Shown: positions 19,214 through 29,566 of the stretch, one piece after another | Layout of the letters: each line of letters begins with the position of its first letter | How positions within the stretch are numbered: the stretch's first letter is position 1 | NCBI GenBank assembly: GCA_963976765.1 | Contig: CAXBME010000028.1 | Location: 1-64,000, forward strand | DNA length: 64,000 bases | Direction: 5' to 3' | DNA from: an uncultured Planctomycetaceae bacterium | Lineage (GTDB): Bacteria > Planctomycetota > Planctomycetia > Planctomycetales > Planctomycetaceae | Notes under the pieces: model-generated | The model's input: only the letters and a program-made list of their open reading frames with translations | The model's database searches: none | What the model was told of the DNA's origin: nothing | Program-made: the position numbers and the translations under genes

Positions 19214-21907
19214 CTACTGACGCTCGGTTGAGTTGGTTGTGAAAGAAGCCTGCTGAACCTGAGAACGAGCCAGCAGCAGCGTTTCTTTCAGCTTTGTGTT
19301 GTCCGGGTACTGCTTGAGACACCATTCGAGCAGCGGGACGGCTTCGTCGTATTTATGCTGAGCGACCAGCAGATTCACGAGGCTCTTGCGATGAGCGTAT
19401 TCGTAAGGATCGGAAGCGACGGCGTTTCGCGCAGCCTGCAAAGCGTTGTCTTCATCGTGAAGGAAGGCGAACGCTTCTTTGGCACGGCCCCAGGTAGCCG
19501 CAGCGGCCGGGCCGGTCTCTGAGGTTGCCTGATCGACGAGGTTCTTCGCCAGCCTGATACCGACGATGCGGCTTTGCTCCTGATTGCCGAGCCCGGCGTA
19601 ATGGTTCCGCAAAGTTTGCAGAGATGACGTGTCGAACGAAAACTGTTCAAAGAAGAAGTCTGCGTTCTGACGCCCCAGCGCCTGAATGACGAGTCTCTGG
19701 TAAGCATCGCCAAGTGTGAAAACTTTCTTGAAGTGAGCCAGCCCGGTCTCGTTGTCTCCCGCAAGAAGTGCTTCACGACCAGCCGTCACCAGAACAGGCG
19801 GAGCTTCCGGGCGAGTTCTCAGCGCCTGGTCAATCAGCGCCAATTCGTGGTTGCGATTCGACTCTCTCAGAAAGTTCAACTCGGCCATGAAGATATACGC
19901 TTCCCCCTGCAAAGGGCACAGCGCAACAGCCTGGCGAGCATGGTGCAACGATCGATCCAGAAACGCTCGTCGGTCTCCGAAGATCTTGCCAAGCCATGAT
20001 TCGAGTGCTTCGCGAGTCTCAAATGGTGACGTATTTGCGGCGTCTCGAATCTGAGCCAGCGGCATCGGGATGCCGCTCCTGGTTTGCTCGGCATCAAACT
20101 TGAGCCTCAGCAGGCTTGCCAGATTCAGATGGGCTCGTGGATTTGCCGAGTCGATTTCCAGAAGGTCTTCGAGCTGCTCGATTCGCTGATCAAGCGAGGT
20201 CGCCGAGTCATTGAACTGCAGATCAGCTTCCGCCAGCGACAAACGATGAAAGGTGTCCCAATGGTTGCTGGCCACTGCGGCAGGAGTGTGGATTCCCAAC
20301 GAAACACAGACGACACCACACATCGCCACCGCAGCTCCGCACCAGACGAATCGAGGAGCGGCGATGCTGCGTTCTGAAAAGGAATCCTCAACACGCCGAC
20401 TGAGACGCCAGGTGATGGCGATCATAAAAATGGTCATGGATACGCACGCCGGAATGTACCAGACGAAGTCGACGACTGAGTGCACAACACTGGCTGCGAT
20501 ACCCGCCGCGACTGCTGCCAGACAGGCCGCATGACGTGCGGACGTTGAATGACGATAAGCCCTGAAACACCAGATTCCGCAGGCGAGAATTCCCAATGCC
20601 AGTAGACTGCTGCCAGCGATTCCGGTTTCGAGCAAAACCTGCAGGTAGCCGTTTTCGGCATGGCTGTACTCGACTCGATGATCGCCAGTCACGTACTTGG
20701 GATAGACGTAACGATGCGTGCCGACTCCGCTACCCAGGCCGATGAAATCTGGAACGCCACGCAGCACCGCCGCCCAGATCTGTTGTCGGCCACTTGACGC
20801 TTCTTCCAGCGACCCTGCAGCTGCAAGCGATTCAAACCGAGCTTCCAGCGACTGAGTTCCGTAAATGACGACGCCGGTTCCGGTCAGCAAAGTCACTACG
20901 AGGATCGCTCCGATAGCCTTGCGACCGATCAACGACTTCAGGCCAAGAATTATCGCGCAAACAAGCGACGCTCCGGCAAAGACGGCGATTCCCGCTCGTG
21001 ACAAAGAAAGAAACACAGCCACGCCACACAGGCCCAACCCGATAAACAGTAACGGCGTTTGAAGCTGGCCGGTGACCGCGGATGAAGACGACTCGCCCCA
21101 CTGGTTGGATTTCTGAGTCCGAGTCGCGTCTGCCTGGCAACTTTTCCAGACCCACCAGATAAGCGAGCCGACGCCGAGTGCCAGGAAGTGTGCAAAGTGA
21201 TTTCGATTCTGGAACGTCCCCATCACCGTGGAAGAACTTTCGCGAAACGGGTGATCGTACACCCACAAAAACCGACCATTGCCGAAGAAGTATTGAGCAA
21301 GTCCAACGCCTGTCATGCTTAGCGTGGCGACGGCGGTCAGCTTCAACATCTGTTCGGCATCGTCGATTGTTCTGAGCCGTTGAACCAGGACCGTAAACAG
21401 CATCGCGTACGCAACAAACAGAGAGAGCCCGGAAAGCGACTCATGCGGAGCAACTGACACCGTATTCCACGCGGTCTGAGTGACGGCTTCGGAACCGGAT
21501 GCCCAAAGAGGCAAGGCATTAGCAAGCCCTGGCGAAACGGTGTTCAGAATTGATTCGGGAAGGCCGACCAACTGAAAGGCAACCAGCAGTACGCCCGCAA
21601 TCAACAAACCTTCTGCACCACTGACCGAGTATCGAGCACGGCTGACAACGCACTGCCCGATCAACCAGGCGGACGTCACAAGGGCGACCAGCAGAACAAA
21701 AACCAACTCACCTGCCGGGTGACGCCCTCCCATAAAAAGCGGGGCCACTGTCAGAATCGCCAGCAAGCCAGCATCGACAATTTTCAGGATCAAACCGTGT
21801 TGAAGACCAGAGCGGCCATCGTCACTGGCCAGTTGGGTCGTGGGCATTCCATTGCTCCAGCATTCTTGAAAATCTCGCGATGACAACGATGAAGTCTGAC
21901 GCCCCAA
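19214..21907 (-). CDS. O-antigen ligase/Wzy_C family membrane protein with C-terminal TPR-like domain
   Basis: GTFQNRNHFA, SLSRAG, R..IW, G.G.GT, HAENGYLQ.L.E.G; helical repeat C-terminus. Start may be ATG at 21847. Confidence 0.85.
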   Translation of the reverse strand: MGRQTSSLSSRDFQECWSNGMPTTQLASDDGRSGLQHGLILKIVDAGLLAILTVAPLFMGGRHPAGELVFVLLVALVTSAWLIGQCVVSRARYSVSGAEGLLIAGVLLVAFQLVGLPESILNTVSPGLANALPLWASGSEAVTQTAWNTVSVAPHESLSGLSLFVAYAMLFTVLVQRLRTIDDAEQMLKLTAVATLSMTGVGLAQYFFGNGRFLWVYDHPFRESSSTVMGTFQNRNHFAHFLALGVGSLIWWVWKSCQADATRTQKSNQWGESSSSAVTGQLQTPLLFIGLGLCGVAVFLSLSRAGIAVFAGASLVCAIILGLKSLIGRKAIGAILVVTLLTGTGVVIYGTQSLEARFESLAAAGSLEEASSGRQQIWAAVLRGVPDFIGLGSGVGTHRYVYPKYVTGDHRVEYSHAENGYLQVLLETGIAGSSLLALGILACGIWCFRAYRHSTSARHAACLAAVAAGIAASVVHSVVDFVWYIPACVSMTIFMIAITWRLSRRVEDSFSERSIAAPRFVWCGAAVAMCGVVCVSLGIHTPAAVASNHWDTFHRLSLAEADLQFNDSATSLDQRIEQLEDLLEIDSANPRAHLNLASLLRLKFDAEQTRSGIPMPLAQIRDAANTSPFETREALESWLGKIFGDRRAFLDRSLHHARQAVALCPLQGEAYIFMAELNFLRESNRNHELALIDQALRTRPEAPPVLVTAGREALLAGDNETGLAHFKKVFTLGDAYQRLVIQALGRQNADFFFEQFSFDTSSLQTLRNHYAGLGNQEQSRIVGIRLAKNLVDQATSETGPAAAATWGRAKEAFAFLHDEDNALQAARNAVASDPYEYAHRKSLVNLLVAQHKYDEAVPLLEWCLKQYPDNTKLKETLLLARSQVQQASFTTNSTERQ

Positions 21908-21984
21908 TGTTGTCCAAAGTGCAAATCATACATACGTTCGGCTGAAATCTGATAAGCGGCAGCTTTTATCACAGACGCCGACAA

Positions 21985-24291
21985 TCACGCCGCTCGCCGA
22001 GAGGAGCGAGCGGCTGAACTTCGAGAACTGGCGGCTGCCGCGACAGTCTCCTGTTCCTGCGAATCGGCTTCATTGTCGTCGTGACCGTAACCATAGTTAT
22101 GTCCGTAGCCATACCCATATCCGTAGCCGTAACCATAGCCATCACGATGCCCGCCAATGCGGTTCGCGATGACACCAGCAATATCCACGCCTGCGGTGCG
22201 GAGCACTTCTGCCGCTCGCATAACCAGTTTTCGTCGATTCTTGGCCGGTTGAACGACGAGCGCCAGACCGTCAACGAGCCGGGCAACAATGGAAGCATCG
22301 CTGGCGGCCAGGATCGGCGGACAGTCGACCAGAATCTGATCATAATGGTCGTCGGCCCAGGCAATGAGTTCTGACATCCGCGGAGAACTAAGCAGTTCGG
22401 ATGGGTTCGACGGCTTCGGACCACACGGAATGATGTGCAGACCGTCGAGCCCTGTTTCGCGGATCGATTCCGAGGCAGCTTCTGCAATCGGATCGGCAGA
22501 TTTCAGAATACGGGACAGCCCCTTGAGACCTCGCATATTAAACAGCCGTGTCAGGCCGGGGCTTCTCAAATCAGCATCAATAATGAGCGTGCGCTTACCG
22601 GCAACCGCGTACGTGACAGCCAGATTCCCCATGACCGTCGTTTTACCATCACCAGGCTCAGAACTGGTAACTGCAAGTCGCTGCCGTTGCTCACCAGCAA
22701 AAACTATGGCTGTCCGCAGCGACCTGAATGCTTCACTTTCCACGGCGTTAGGAGCAGAGTGAACAAGCAACCCATCAACGCCAACTCCCAACTGTTCGGG
22801 CAGGTTGCTGATGACTCCAAGCAACTCCAGACCAAGCTGCTGTTTGAGTTCTTCAGGAGAACGGAATCGGTCGTCGAGCGTGTCGATGATATACACGACG
22901 ACGATACCGAACAGCAGACTCGCGAAAATGAAGATCGGGAAGATCGCTGCCGTAGAGGCCTGCGGAACTTTTTTCCCGATCGCGGGCGGTCGATCCATCA
23001 CAAACAGTCTCATTCGCGTCCCGTCACGGTTCACGTTAATGCCGGTAAGCCGCGTCAAAACCATCGTGTGCATTTCTCGAAGCAATTCGACTTCGCGGCG
23101 AGCAATTTCAATCTCCGCCAGCTTGCCGTTCAGTTGAATCGCCTCCGCTTCGGCACGATCGTAGATCACTCGGATGGCTTCTTCTCGCTGTTGTTCCACC
23201 GCGACGGCGTCTTTGAGAAGCGTATGAATCTGCGAAGCAATCGCGGGATCTTTCAGACTGCTCCACTGCTTCGATTTCTGACTTTGAGCGTAGGCCAGAT
23301 AGAGCTGATTCTGGTGAAGCGACTGCGTCAGCTTAACGATTCGCGGATGATTGGGGCCGTAGAAACTCTTGCTCTCAGCCAACTGGCGCTGCGCGTCAAC
23401 AATCTCCTGGCGAATCTTTGTAGTGACTTCTTCGTCAGTCGACTGCCCAAGCGAGATGAGTCGCTCATCACCGAGCAGTTCAGCCAACGGCTTCAAGTGA
23501 GGAGTCAGATCGCTTCCAGTCCGAATCGTCTCTTCGATGGCCGCAAGTGCTGCCTGCATCGACACTCGGCGAGACTGAGCAGCAAGGTACGACTTATTGA
23601 GTTCCATCGTGCGTTCGACGAGTGGATGTTTATCGTTTTCGCTTCGTCCGACGCTCAACCCGCCAATGGCCTGTTGGGCGCTGAAAAGATCTCGTTCTTT
23701 TGCGAAGAGCTTGTCTTCGAGAACAACACGCTCTTTGTCGAGTGAATCGACCATGGCGACTGACATATTGACCTGCGTACGGTCGAGAAATTCCTGAGAC
23801 GCCTCGATCATGGCATTGATAATTGCCGCCGGAGCTTCTGGATCAAGCGACACGCAGCGCAGATGGATTGCAGAATTCCTTCCAGCGTTGACAGTCAGAA
23901 TTCGCCGCAGCCGTGCTGGCCATTGCTCTTTCGGGATATTGGAATTCAGCTCCGGGGGGATAGTTTCGAGTTTCCCGATTGCGGCTTCGATAACCGTACC
24001 GCTCAGCAGAACCTCGCGAAAAGAATCAACCGGAGCTCGCGTGTCCATCAAAGCGTTAGTCTGCTGATTTGGATTAATCTGGTGAAGCAGGACCGAACCG
24101 CTTGATTCATAGGTCGTTGGCTCAGGCTCGATGGATGCCACTTTCAGGCCACCCAGAATAGCGCCGACAAGAACGGTCGCCAGAACAATATGTTTCCGCC
24201 GCCAGACAGCATGCAGAAACCGGAGTGCCTGACGAAAGGTGTGCTCCATTTCGGAGTTCCGCATCGTCGACTCGTCTGTGGGATTGCTCAT
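21985..24291 (-). CDS. wzc: Polysaccharide co-polymerase / BY-kinase (Wzc/GumC family)
   Basis: Two TM segments flanking a coiled-coil region; YGPNHP; SSEPGDGKTT Walker A; IDADLR.P; DCPP; C-terminal YGYGYGYGYGHNYGYG Tyr cluster. Confidence 0.92.
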   Translation of the reverse strand: MSNPTDESTMRNSEMEHTFRQALRFLHAVWRRKHIVLATVLVGAILGGLKVASIEPEPTTYESSGSVLLHQINPNQQTNALMDTRAPVDSFREVLLSGTVIEAAIGKLETIPPELNSNIPKEQWPARLRRILTVNAGRNSAIHLRCVSLDPEAPAAIINAMIEASQEFLDRTQVNMSVAMVDSLDKERVVLEDKLFAKERDLFSAQQAIGGLSVGRSENDKHPLVERTMELNKSYLAAQSRRVSMQAALAAIEETIRTGSDLTPHLKPLAELLGDERLISLGQSTDEEVTTKIRQEIVDAQRQLAESKSFYGPNHPRIVKLTQSLHQNQLYLAYAQSQKSKQWSSLKDPAIASQIHTLLKDAVAVEQQREEAIRVIYDRAEAEAIQLNGKLAEIEIARREVELLREMHTMVLTRLTGINVNRDGTRMRLFVMDRPPAIGKKVPQASTAAIFPIFIFASLLFGIVVVYIIDTLDDRFRSPEELKQQLGLELLGVISNLPEQLGVGVDGLLVHSAPNAVESEAFRSLRTAIVFAGEQRQRLAVTSSEPGDGKTTVMGNLAVTYAVAGKRTLIIDADLRSPGLTRLFNMRGLKGLSRILKSADPIAEAASESIRETGLDGLHIIPCGPKPSNPSELLSSPRMSELIAWADDHYDQILVDCPPILAASDASIVARLVDGLALVVQPAKNRRKLVMRAAEVLRTAGVDIAGVIANRIGGHRDGYGYGYGYGYGYGHNYGYGHDDNEADSQEQETVAAAASSRSSAARSSRRAA

Positions 24292-24315
24292 GAAAGATCG
24301 TCTGATAATTGGATA

Positions 24316-25431
24316 TCAAAGGGAACCAGCTGTCAGGGCATTTCGCCCAACTCCGATCAATGCACTGATGGTGCTGATCGTGAACGTAAGCGGCGTCTCT
24401 TCAACACTGACGACGTCGCCGGGAGCCAATGGGATATTTGCTTCTCTGTTTCGTTGAGCCTCGCCCAGGTTAACTCGAATCGCAACGGCTTCGCCGCTAA
24501 CAGGGTGAGTTCGTACAACTTTCAGCTTGTTAGCAATCCACGGTGAAAAACGTGGGCCACCAGCCTGCGCCAACGCATCCAGCAGCCGATACTCACGATC
24601 GTACGGCATCTCAGAAACGCGGTTACCCGTAAGCCCCATCACAGTCACGTAGCGAGCTGGCTGCTCCTGAACGGTGACAACCGCGCCGTCCGGTAGTAGA
24701 TTCTGTCCGCTGGCCAGTGCCGGCAATTCAGGTGAGAGAAGACTGACCTGAACGACTTTCCCACCGGACACCTCACCACTCGCAGAGTCGCCCGACTGAT
24801 GGCCGACCGGCTGTATCGAACCACTCGGAAGCCGACTGCCTGCACCGCCACCCGGCCGGTAAATGGTGATTTGAGAACTCGCCTTTTCACCAAGCCCTCC
24901 CGCCGCCAGCACGGCATTAGCAAGCGTGCTGGCACTGGCTCGAATTTCATAGTCCCCTGGATTGTTAACAGCGCCACCAACGGTAACCCGGTGCATGTGC
25001 TTCTTTGAAAACATCACCGACACCGACGGTCGCATATAAACCTGCCGTTGCACGCACGCATTTCGAACAGCATCTGCCGCCTGCGATTCCGTCAACCCGA
25101 CGACCTGAACCTGTCCGACATAAGGAACATCGACCGTCCCCTGCTCCGAAACACCCAGTTTCAATTCCTTACTTTCATCTTCGTCATTGCCGGACGAGAC
25201 AAGAACCTGAAGCGTGTCTCGCGGTTGAATCAGGTCAACCGCTGTCCCAGAGTTGCCAAGCTGGCTCAAGTCAAACTGACGGCTGTTGAATGCAGCCCCG
25301 GCTGCGAGTTCGGAAGGAAGATCCACAGCTCGATACGACAACCCGCTCTGACAGCCTGAAATAACCAATGCCAGCAGCGATGCAAAAAGTACCTGCAGCC
25401 TCGGCATCCGCGTGATATTGAGTCTTATCAT
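24316..25431 (-). CDS. wza: Polysaccharide export lipoprotein (Wza/Poly_export + SLBB)
   Basis: LVISGC lipobox; G.V.VPYVG.V.V.GLT, V.V.GAVN.PG.Y, AL..AGG, L.PGDVV.V. Start chosen at ATG 25431 within ORF 24316..25563. Confidence 0.85.
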   Translation of the reverse strand: MIRLNITRMPRLQVLFASLLALVISGCQSGLSYRAVDLPSELAAGAAFNSRQFDLSQLGNSGTAVDLIQPRDTLQVLVSSGNDEDESKELKLGVSEQGTVDVPYVGQVQVVGLTESQAADAVRNACVQRQVYMRPSVSVMFSKKHMHRVTVGGAVNNPGDYEIRASASTLANAVLAAGGLGEKASSQITIYRPGGGAGSRLPSGSIQPVGHQSGDSASGEVSGGKVVQVSLLSPELPALASGQNLLPDGAVVTVQEQPARYVTVMGLTGNRVSEMPYDREYRLLDALAQAGGPRFSPWIANKLKVVRTHPVSGEAVAIRVNLGEAQRNREANIPLAPGDVVSVEETPLTFTISTISALIGVGRNALTAGSL

Positions 25432-25642
25432 TATGATGCTTGGAAAGGTGTGAACGGCGAAGTGAAGAGAAGGAAACTCAGCAGACGAAGATTGTCGGAG
25501 CTGTTGACAGGCAGACCGTGCCTTCCGGACCAATTGACTCGATAAATCCAGGTGAATTGTCATCAGGACAAGTTGTCAACGAGAGTGCCAGCGGCGCTCG
25601 ACTGCAATGAAATGAAGAGAATGGATGTGACGGAACACAGTG

Positions 25643-25670
25643 GCCGCAGAAAACACAAAGAAAAACAAAA
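25643..25670 (+). repeat. Single arm of an A/C-rich, ~9-nt-periodic dispersed repeat
   Basis: GCCGCAGAAAACACAAAGAAAAACAAAA resembles GCCGCGAAAACGCAATGAATCACAACA at 62837. Confidence 0.45.
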
Positions 25671-26019
25671 CCTTCCGGAGTACTCCATCGCTGATAAATT
25701 TCAGACAGAGAAATCAGTCCGATTATGTTGTCCTGAGGCTTTTCGTGCGTACTGGATAATCGCTTCCCGAAATTAAAGCTATATGAGTTTGCTCGATCGC
25801 TGGCGTCTGAAATTTCGCAGCAAAGACGTCGCTCACGCTGCGTGACCGATCTTGACTTGATTCTCGTTTTTAGACTCCAATCAGAAGAATTGAACGTCGA
25901 CGGCCTTACTCTTCTCAATGGCCGATCAGACGACTGAATGGCGGACGACCGAGTTCCAGGATGCGAGTATCCCCGCCGCGTTTACCGGTTAAGTGGGCTG
26001 TGAATGGAGTTACGGCATC

Positions 26020-27186
26020 GTGCGTCAACGTGTGGCCCTGGTTTCAAATACCGGCTGGAACATTCTGAACTTCAGACTCAATCTCGCGCAAAGGCTGATA
26101 GAACTCGGGTACGACGTGCATGCCATTGGGACTTCAGACGGCTGCGAAAACGAAGTTCGCGACGCCGGAATCGTCTGGCACGACTGGAGACTGAAACGTC
26201 GCAGCATTAACCCTCTGTCTGAACTCGACGCAATCAGGTCGCTGGACTCCGTCTATCGAAAAATCAAACCCGATCTGGTGCATCACTTTACGGTGAAGCC
26301 TGTTCTGTACGGCACGACTGTCGCCAGAGTGCGTAAGCTCCCTGCCATCGTGAATTCTGTGACAGGGCTACCGTATTTTCTACTGTCACAATCCAGGACA
26401 GGCGTTCGCGGTGCTGCCCGTGAAGCCGCGATGAAATGGTATTCCTGGGCTCTGTCCGGCAACGACGTCTGCCCAATGTTTCAGAACCCGGATGACCTGG
26501 CCGTAATTGCGGCGTGCAACCGGAGAATCGAGCAGCAAGCCGTCTCAACGCCTGGGTCGGGTGTTGATCTGTCAAAATTCACGATGATTGACGAATCGTT
26601 TGTGGAACCCGACGAGTTGGTCGTGACATTCGTCGGCCGGTTGATCAAAGAGAAAGGCATCGTCGAGTTTGTCGAAGCAGCTCGCCAGACGCTCTCCCGG
26701 ACAACCCGTCCGATCCGGTTTGTTGTCTGCGGCGATGTCGATCCAGGAAACCGCTCAGCCGTACCGGCAGCGACAATGGCGGAGTGGCAATCGCTGACCG
26801 GCGTAAAATTCCTCGGACACGTCAGCGACGTGCGGAAGGTGCTCGAACAATCTCATCTCGTCGTGCTGCCGTCTTACCGGGAAGGAACGCCGCGAGCTCT
26901 GCTGGAAGCTGGTGCCTGCGGCCTTCCCGTCATTGCGACTGACGTGCCAGGTTGCCGCGAAGTTGTGATCGACCGCGTAACCGGTCGACTCGTACCGGCA
27001 AAAGACGCGACCGCTCTGGCTCACGTGATGCTTGAACTGATCAAGGACTGGCCGTTGATGCGGAAGTATGGCCGGGCAGGTCGAGAAAGAGTGCAGACGG
27101 TCTTCGAAGAGCGGTTTGTGATTGATGCGACTCTCGATGTTTATGCGCGAATGCTGGGTAGCGACCGGCAGGCGGTTGCCGCTTGA
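26020..27186 (+). CDS. Glycosyltransferase family 4 (CapM/WbnH-like)
   Basis: GGAG RBS and GTG start; NFR..L, HHFT.KP..YG, FQN.DD, GSGVD, GRLI.EKG, LPSYREG.PR.LLEA, TDVPGC. Confidence 0.92.
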   Translation: MRQRVALVSNTGWNILNFRLNLAQRLIELGYDVHAIGTSDGCENEVRDAGIVWHDWRLKRRSINPLSELDAIRSLDSVYRKIKPDLVHHFTVKPVLYGTTVARVRKLPAIVNSVTGLPYFLLSQSRTGVRGAAREAAMKWYSWALSGNDVCPMFQNPDDLAVIAACNRRIEQQAVSTPGSGVDLSKFTMIDESFVEPDELVVTFVGRLIKEKGIVEFVEAARQTLSRTTRPIRFVVCGDVDPGNRSAVPAATMAEWQSLTGVKFLGHVSDVRKVLEQSHLVVLPSYREGTPRALLEAGACGLPVIATDVPGCREVVIDRVTGRLVPAKDATALAHVMLELIKDWPLMRKYGRAGRERVQTVFEERFVIDATLDVYARMLGSDRQAVAA

Positions 27187-27233
27187 GATTCGCTTAACGG
27201 GAACCGCAACTTTTTCTTAATGGTCGATTTCGC

Positions 27234-28343
27234 ATGAGAGTTCTTTTTCTCGTCCAGTATCCACGCCAGGCACCAAGCCCAAGGTATCGTGTTTACCAGC
27301 TCGTGCCGTGGCTCGAAAACGCTGGTATTAGATGCGACGTTGAGCCGCTCATTGGCGAGTCGGATTACGCCGCTGCGCGTTCATCGGGAAAATATTTCGG
27401 CAAAAGTCGAATGCTGGCGACAGGCCTGGCACGTCGCCTTTCGGCCCTGCTGAGGACTCGACAGTACGATCTCGTTTACGTTCTCAAAGGAGCGTTTCCC
27501 TACGGCCCGCCGCTGATCGAACAACTGCTCCGAGCGAGCAACGTTCCCGTCATTTTCGATTTCGACGACGCCATTCACATTCACAAGAAGAGCGTCAGTC
27601 ATCGGTTTCTGGATTACCTGAAATCAACGCGCCGAGTTGGCCAGGTGGCAGCTCTGGCAAATCGAGTGGTCGTGCCGAACGAATATCTCGCGAATTTCGC
27701 ACGCGAGTTCAATTCAGCTGTAACCATTGTCCCGGAAGCTGAGGATACCGAACGACTGGTTTCACGTAAGCCGCATAAAAACAGGTCACCGATTGTCATC
27801 GGGTGGGTCGGTAGTTCATCCACCGCCAAATACCTGACTCTGATCGAGGATGCGTTGCGGACAATCTGCGACCGATTTTCAAATGTCACATTGCGAGTGA
27901 TCGGCGGCAGATTCGAAGCACCAGAAATCCGAACAGAACTGGTCGACTGGAAGTTCGAGCGTGAAGTTCAGCAGTTTCACGACCTGGATATCGGCATCAT
28001 GCCGCTGCCGCTCGAAGAGTGGAGCAAAGGTAAAAGCGGCTGCAAACTCAGGCAGTACATGGCCGCCGGCGTTCCGGGAGTGGGAACGGCAATCGGCTAC
28101 AACCTTGAACTCGTCGACCACGGTCGAACAGGTTTCCTTGCCACAACACAGGACGATTGGGTCGAATGTCTATCCAGGCTGATCGGGGACGCTGAACTTA
28201 GAAATACGATCGCGGCGGCAGCTCGCCGGGATGTTGAGCAACGATTCGCTATTAACGTAATCGGACCACAACTCGAAGGCGTGATCCGCGAAACCGTCGA
28301 CGAATTCAAAACAGCAGGAAGGTCCCGGAGGGCCGCAGCATGA
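27234..28343 (+). CDS. Glycosyltransferase family 4
   Basis: SPRYR..Q, FDFDDAI, IGWVGS, DIGIMPL, GKSG.K..QYMA.G.P. Confidence 0.9.
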   Translation: MRVLFLVQYPRQAPSPRYRVYQLVPWLENAGIRCDVEPLIGESDYAAARSSGKYFGKSRMLATGLARRLSALLRTRQYDLVYVLKGAFPYGPPLIEQLLRASNVPVIFDFDDAIHIHKKSVSHRFLDYLKSTRRVGQVAALANRVVVPNEYLANFAREFNSAVTIVPEAEDTERLVSRKPHKNRSPIVIGWVGSSSTAKYLTLIEDALRTICDRFSNVTLRVIGGRFEAPEIRTELVDWKFEREVQQFHDLDIGIMPLPLEEWSKGKSGCKLRQYMAAGVPGVGTAIGYNLELVDHGRTGFLATTQDDWVECLSRLIGDAELRNTIAAAARRDVEQRFAINVIGPQLEGVIRETVDEFKTAGRSRRAAA

Positions 28344-29566
28344 CGGCTCCTTCCGTTCTGTATATCGCGTCGGCGAGTATTTCAGATCCGCTGATCGTCT
28401 CCCAGGTCGTCCGATACCTTGAGCAGATGCAGCATTCACTGACGGCGTGCCATCTGATTACGTTCGAGCGAGACGCTTCGGAAGACTTCTCAAACATCAC
28501 GGAAAGGTTGCGGGCAGCCGGCATCCATTGGCATCCGATCAAGGCCTGGAAACGTCTGCGGAGCGTCGGCTTCTGGTTTGATCGTCATCGGGCATTGGCC
28601 TGCGCTCGTCGAATCGTCGCCGAAGAAAACATCGGCATCGTTCATTGCCGAAGCTTTCTTGCAGGCACGCTCGGCAGAAAACTCAAGAGGCAGAACGTTC
28701 GGTTTCTTTATGACATGCGGGGCCTCTGGTCTCTGGAGAAACGCGACAAAGGAACCATTCGAAATCCCTACGCGTTCAAAGTTGCCCATGACCTGGAACA
28801 AAAACTGTTCCGCGATGCCGATCACATCATCTCACTGACCCACTCGGGGAAACAGTATCTGCTGGCTGCCGGAGTCGATGTCCCGATTGACGTGATCCCA
28901 ACCTGCGTCGATCTTCAGCGGTTTCAGCCGCGCATCCCGCAGGACAATCTTTGCTCGCCTGACCGAGTGACCAGAACTGCGACTCTGAACGTAGTGTCTG
29001 CGGGAACGCTCGGGGCTGGCTACCTGGCCGACGAGATGTTCCGCTTCGGCGCCCTGCTGAAGGCGACCTGGCAGTCAGCCTCGTTTCGAATTCTTACGGC
29101 AAGCGACGCCGACCTGGTGATTCGTGCAGCCGACAACGCTGGACTACCATCGTCGTGCCTGAGCGTTACAAAAGTCTCACCGGATGCGGTCCCCGACGAG
29201 TTAGCGACGGCCGATGTCGGCCTGTGTTTTGTGAAACCAACCGAAGCGAAAGTTGCTTCCTGCCCAACGAAACTCGGCGAGTACCTGGCCTGCGGACTCC
29301 CGGTCATTGCTACGGATGGCGTTGGAGATGCCACCGACATCCTTGAAGCCAACCGAGTCGGCGTTGCACTGCGGCACGATGACGAAGCGGCCTGGCCAGA
29401 CGTTGTTCGGAAGCTGGAAATGCTGCTGAACGATCCGGAGTTAAGGCCCCGCTGTCGACAAGTTGCGGAACAGAAGTTTGGACTCGTCGAAGGAGCCGGG
29501 GAATATCTTCGCATCTACGACGAGATGGTCGGCGCACCTTGGAAACAGCAAAGGACAGCGGCATGA
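28340..29566 (+). CDS. Glycosyltransferase (GT4-like)
   Basis: ATGA overlap with the upstream gene; SQV..Y, HCRS, YDMRG.W, VIPTCVD, SCPTKLGEYLACGLPV. Confidence 0.88.
   Translation: MTAPSVLYIASASISDPLIVSQVVRYLEQMQHSLTACHLITFERDASEDFSNITERLRAAGIHWHPIKAWKRLRSVGFWFDRHRALACARRIVAEENIGIVHCRSFLAGTLGRKLKRQNVRFLYDMRGLWSLEKRDKGTIRNPYAFKVAHDLEQKLFRDADHIISLTHSGKQYLLAAGVDVPIDVIPTCVDLQRFQPRIPQDNLCSPDRVTRTATLNVVSAGTLGAGYLADEMFRFGALLKATWQSASFRILTASDADLVIRAADNAGLPSSCLSVTKVSPDAVPDELATADVGLCFVKPTEAKVASCPTKLGEYLACGLPVIATDGVGDATDILEANRVGVALRHDDEAAWPDVVRKLEMLLNDPELRPRCRQVAEQKFGLVEGAGEYLRIYDEMVGAPWKQQRTAA

Noticed and set aside
22435..23745. Long antisense ORFs (e.g. 436 aa opposite wzc, 324 aa opposite the sulfatase, 293 aa opposite Gfo/Idh/MocA, 288 aa opposite the protease)
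   Set aside because: Shadow ORFs expected opposite real genes in GC-rich DNA; no recognisable motifs.
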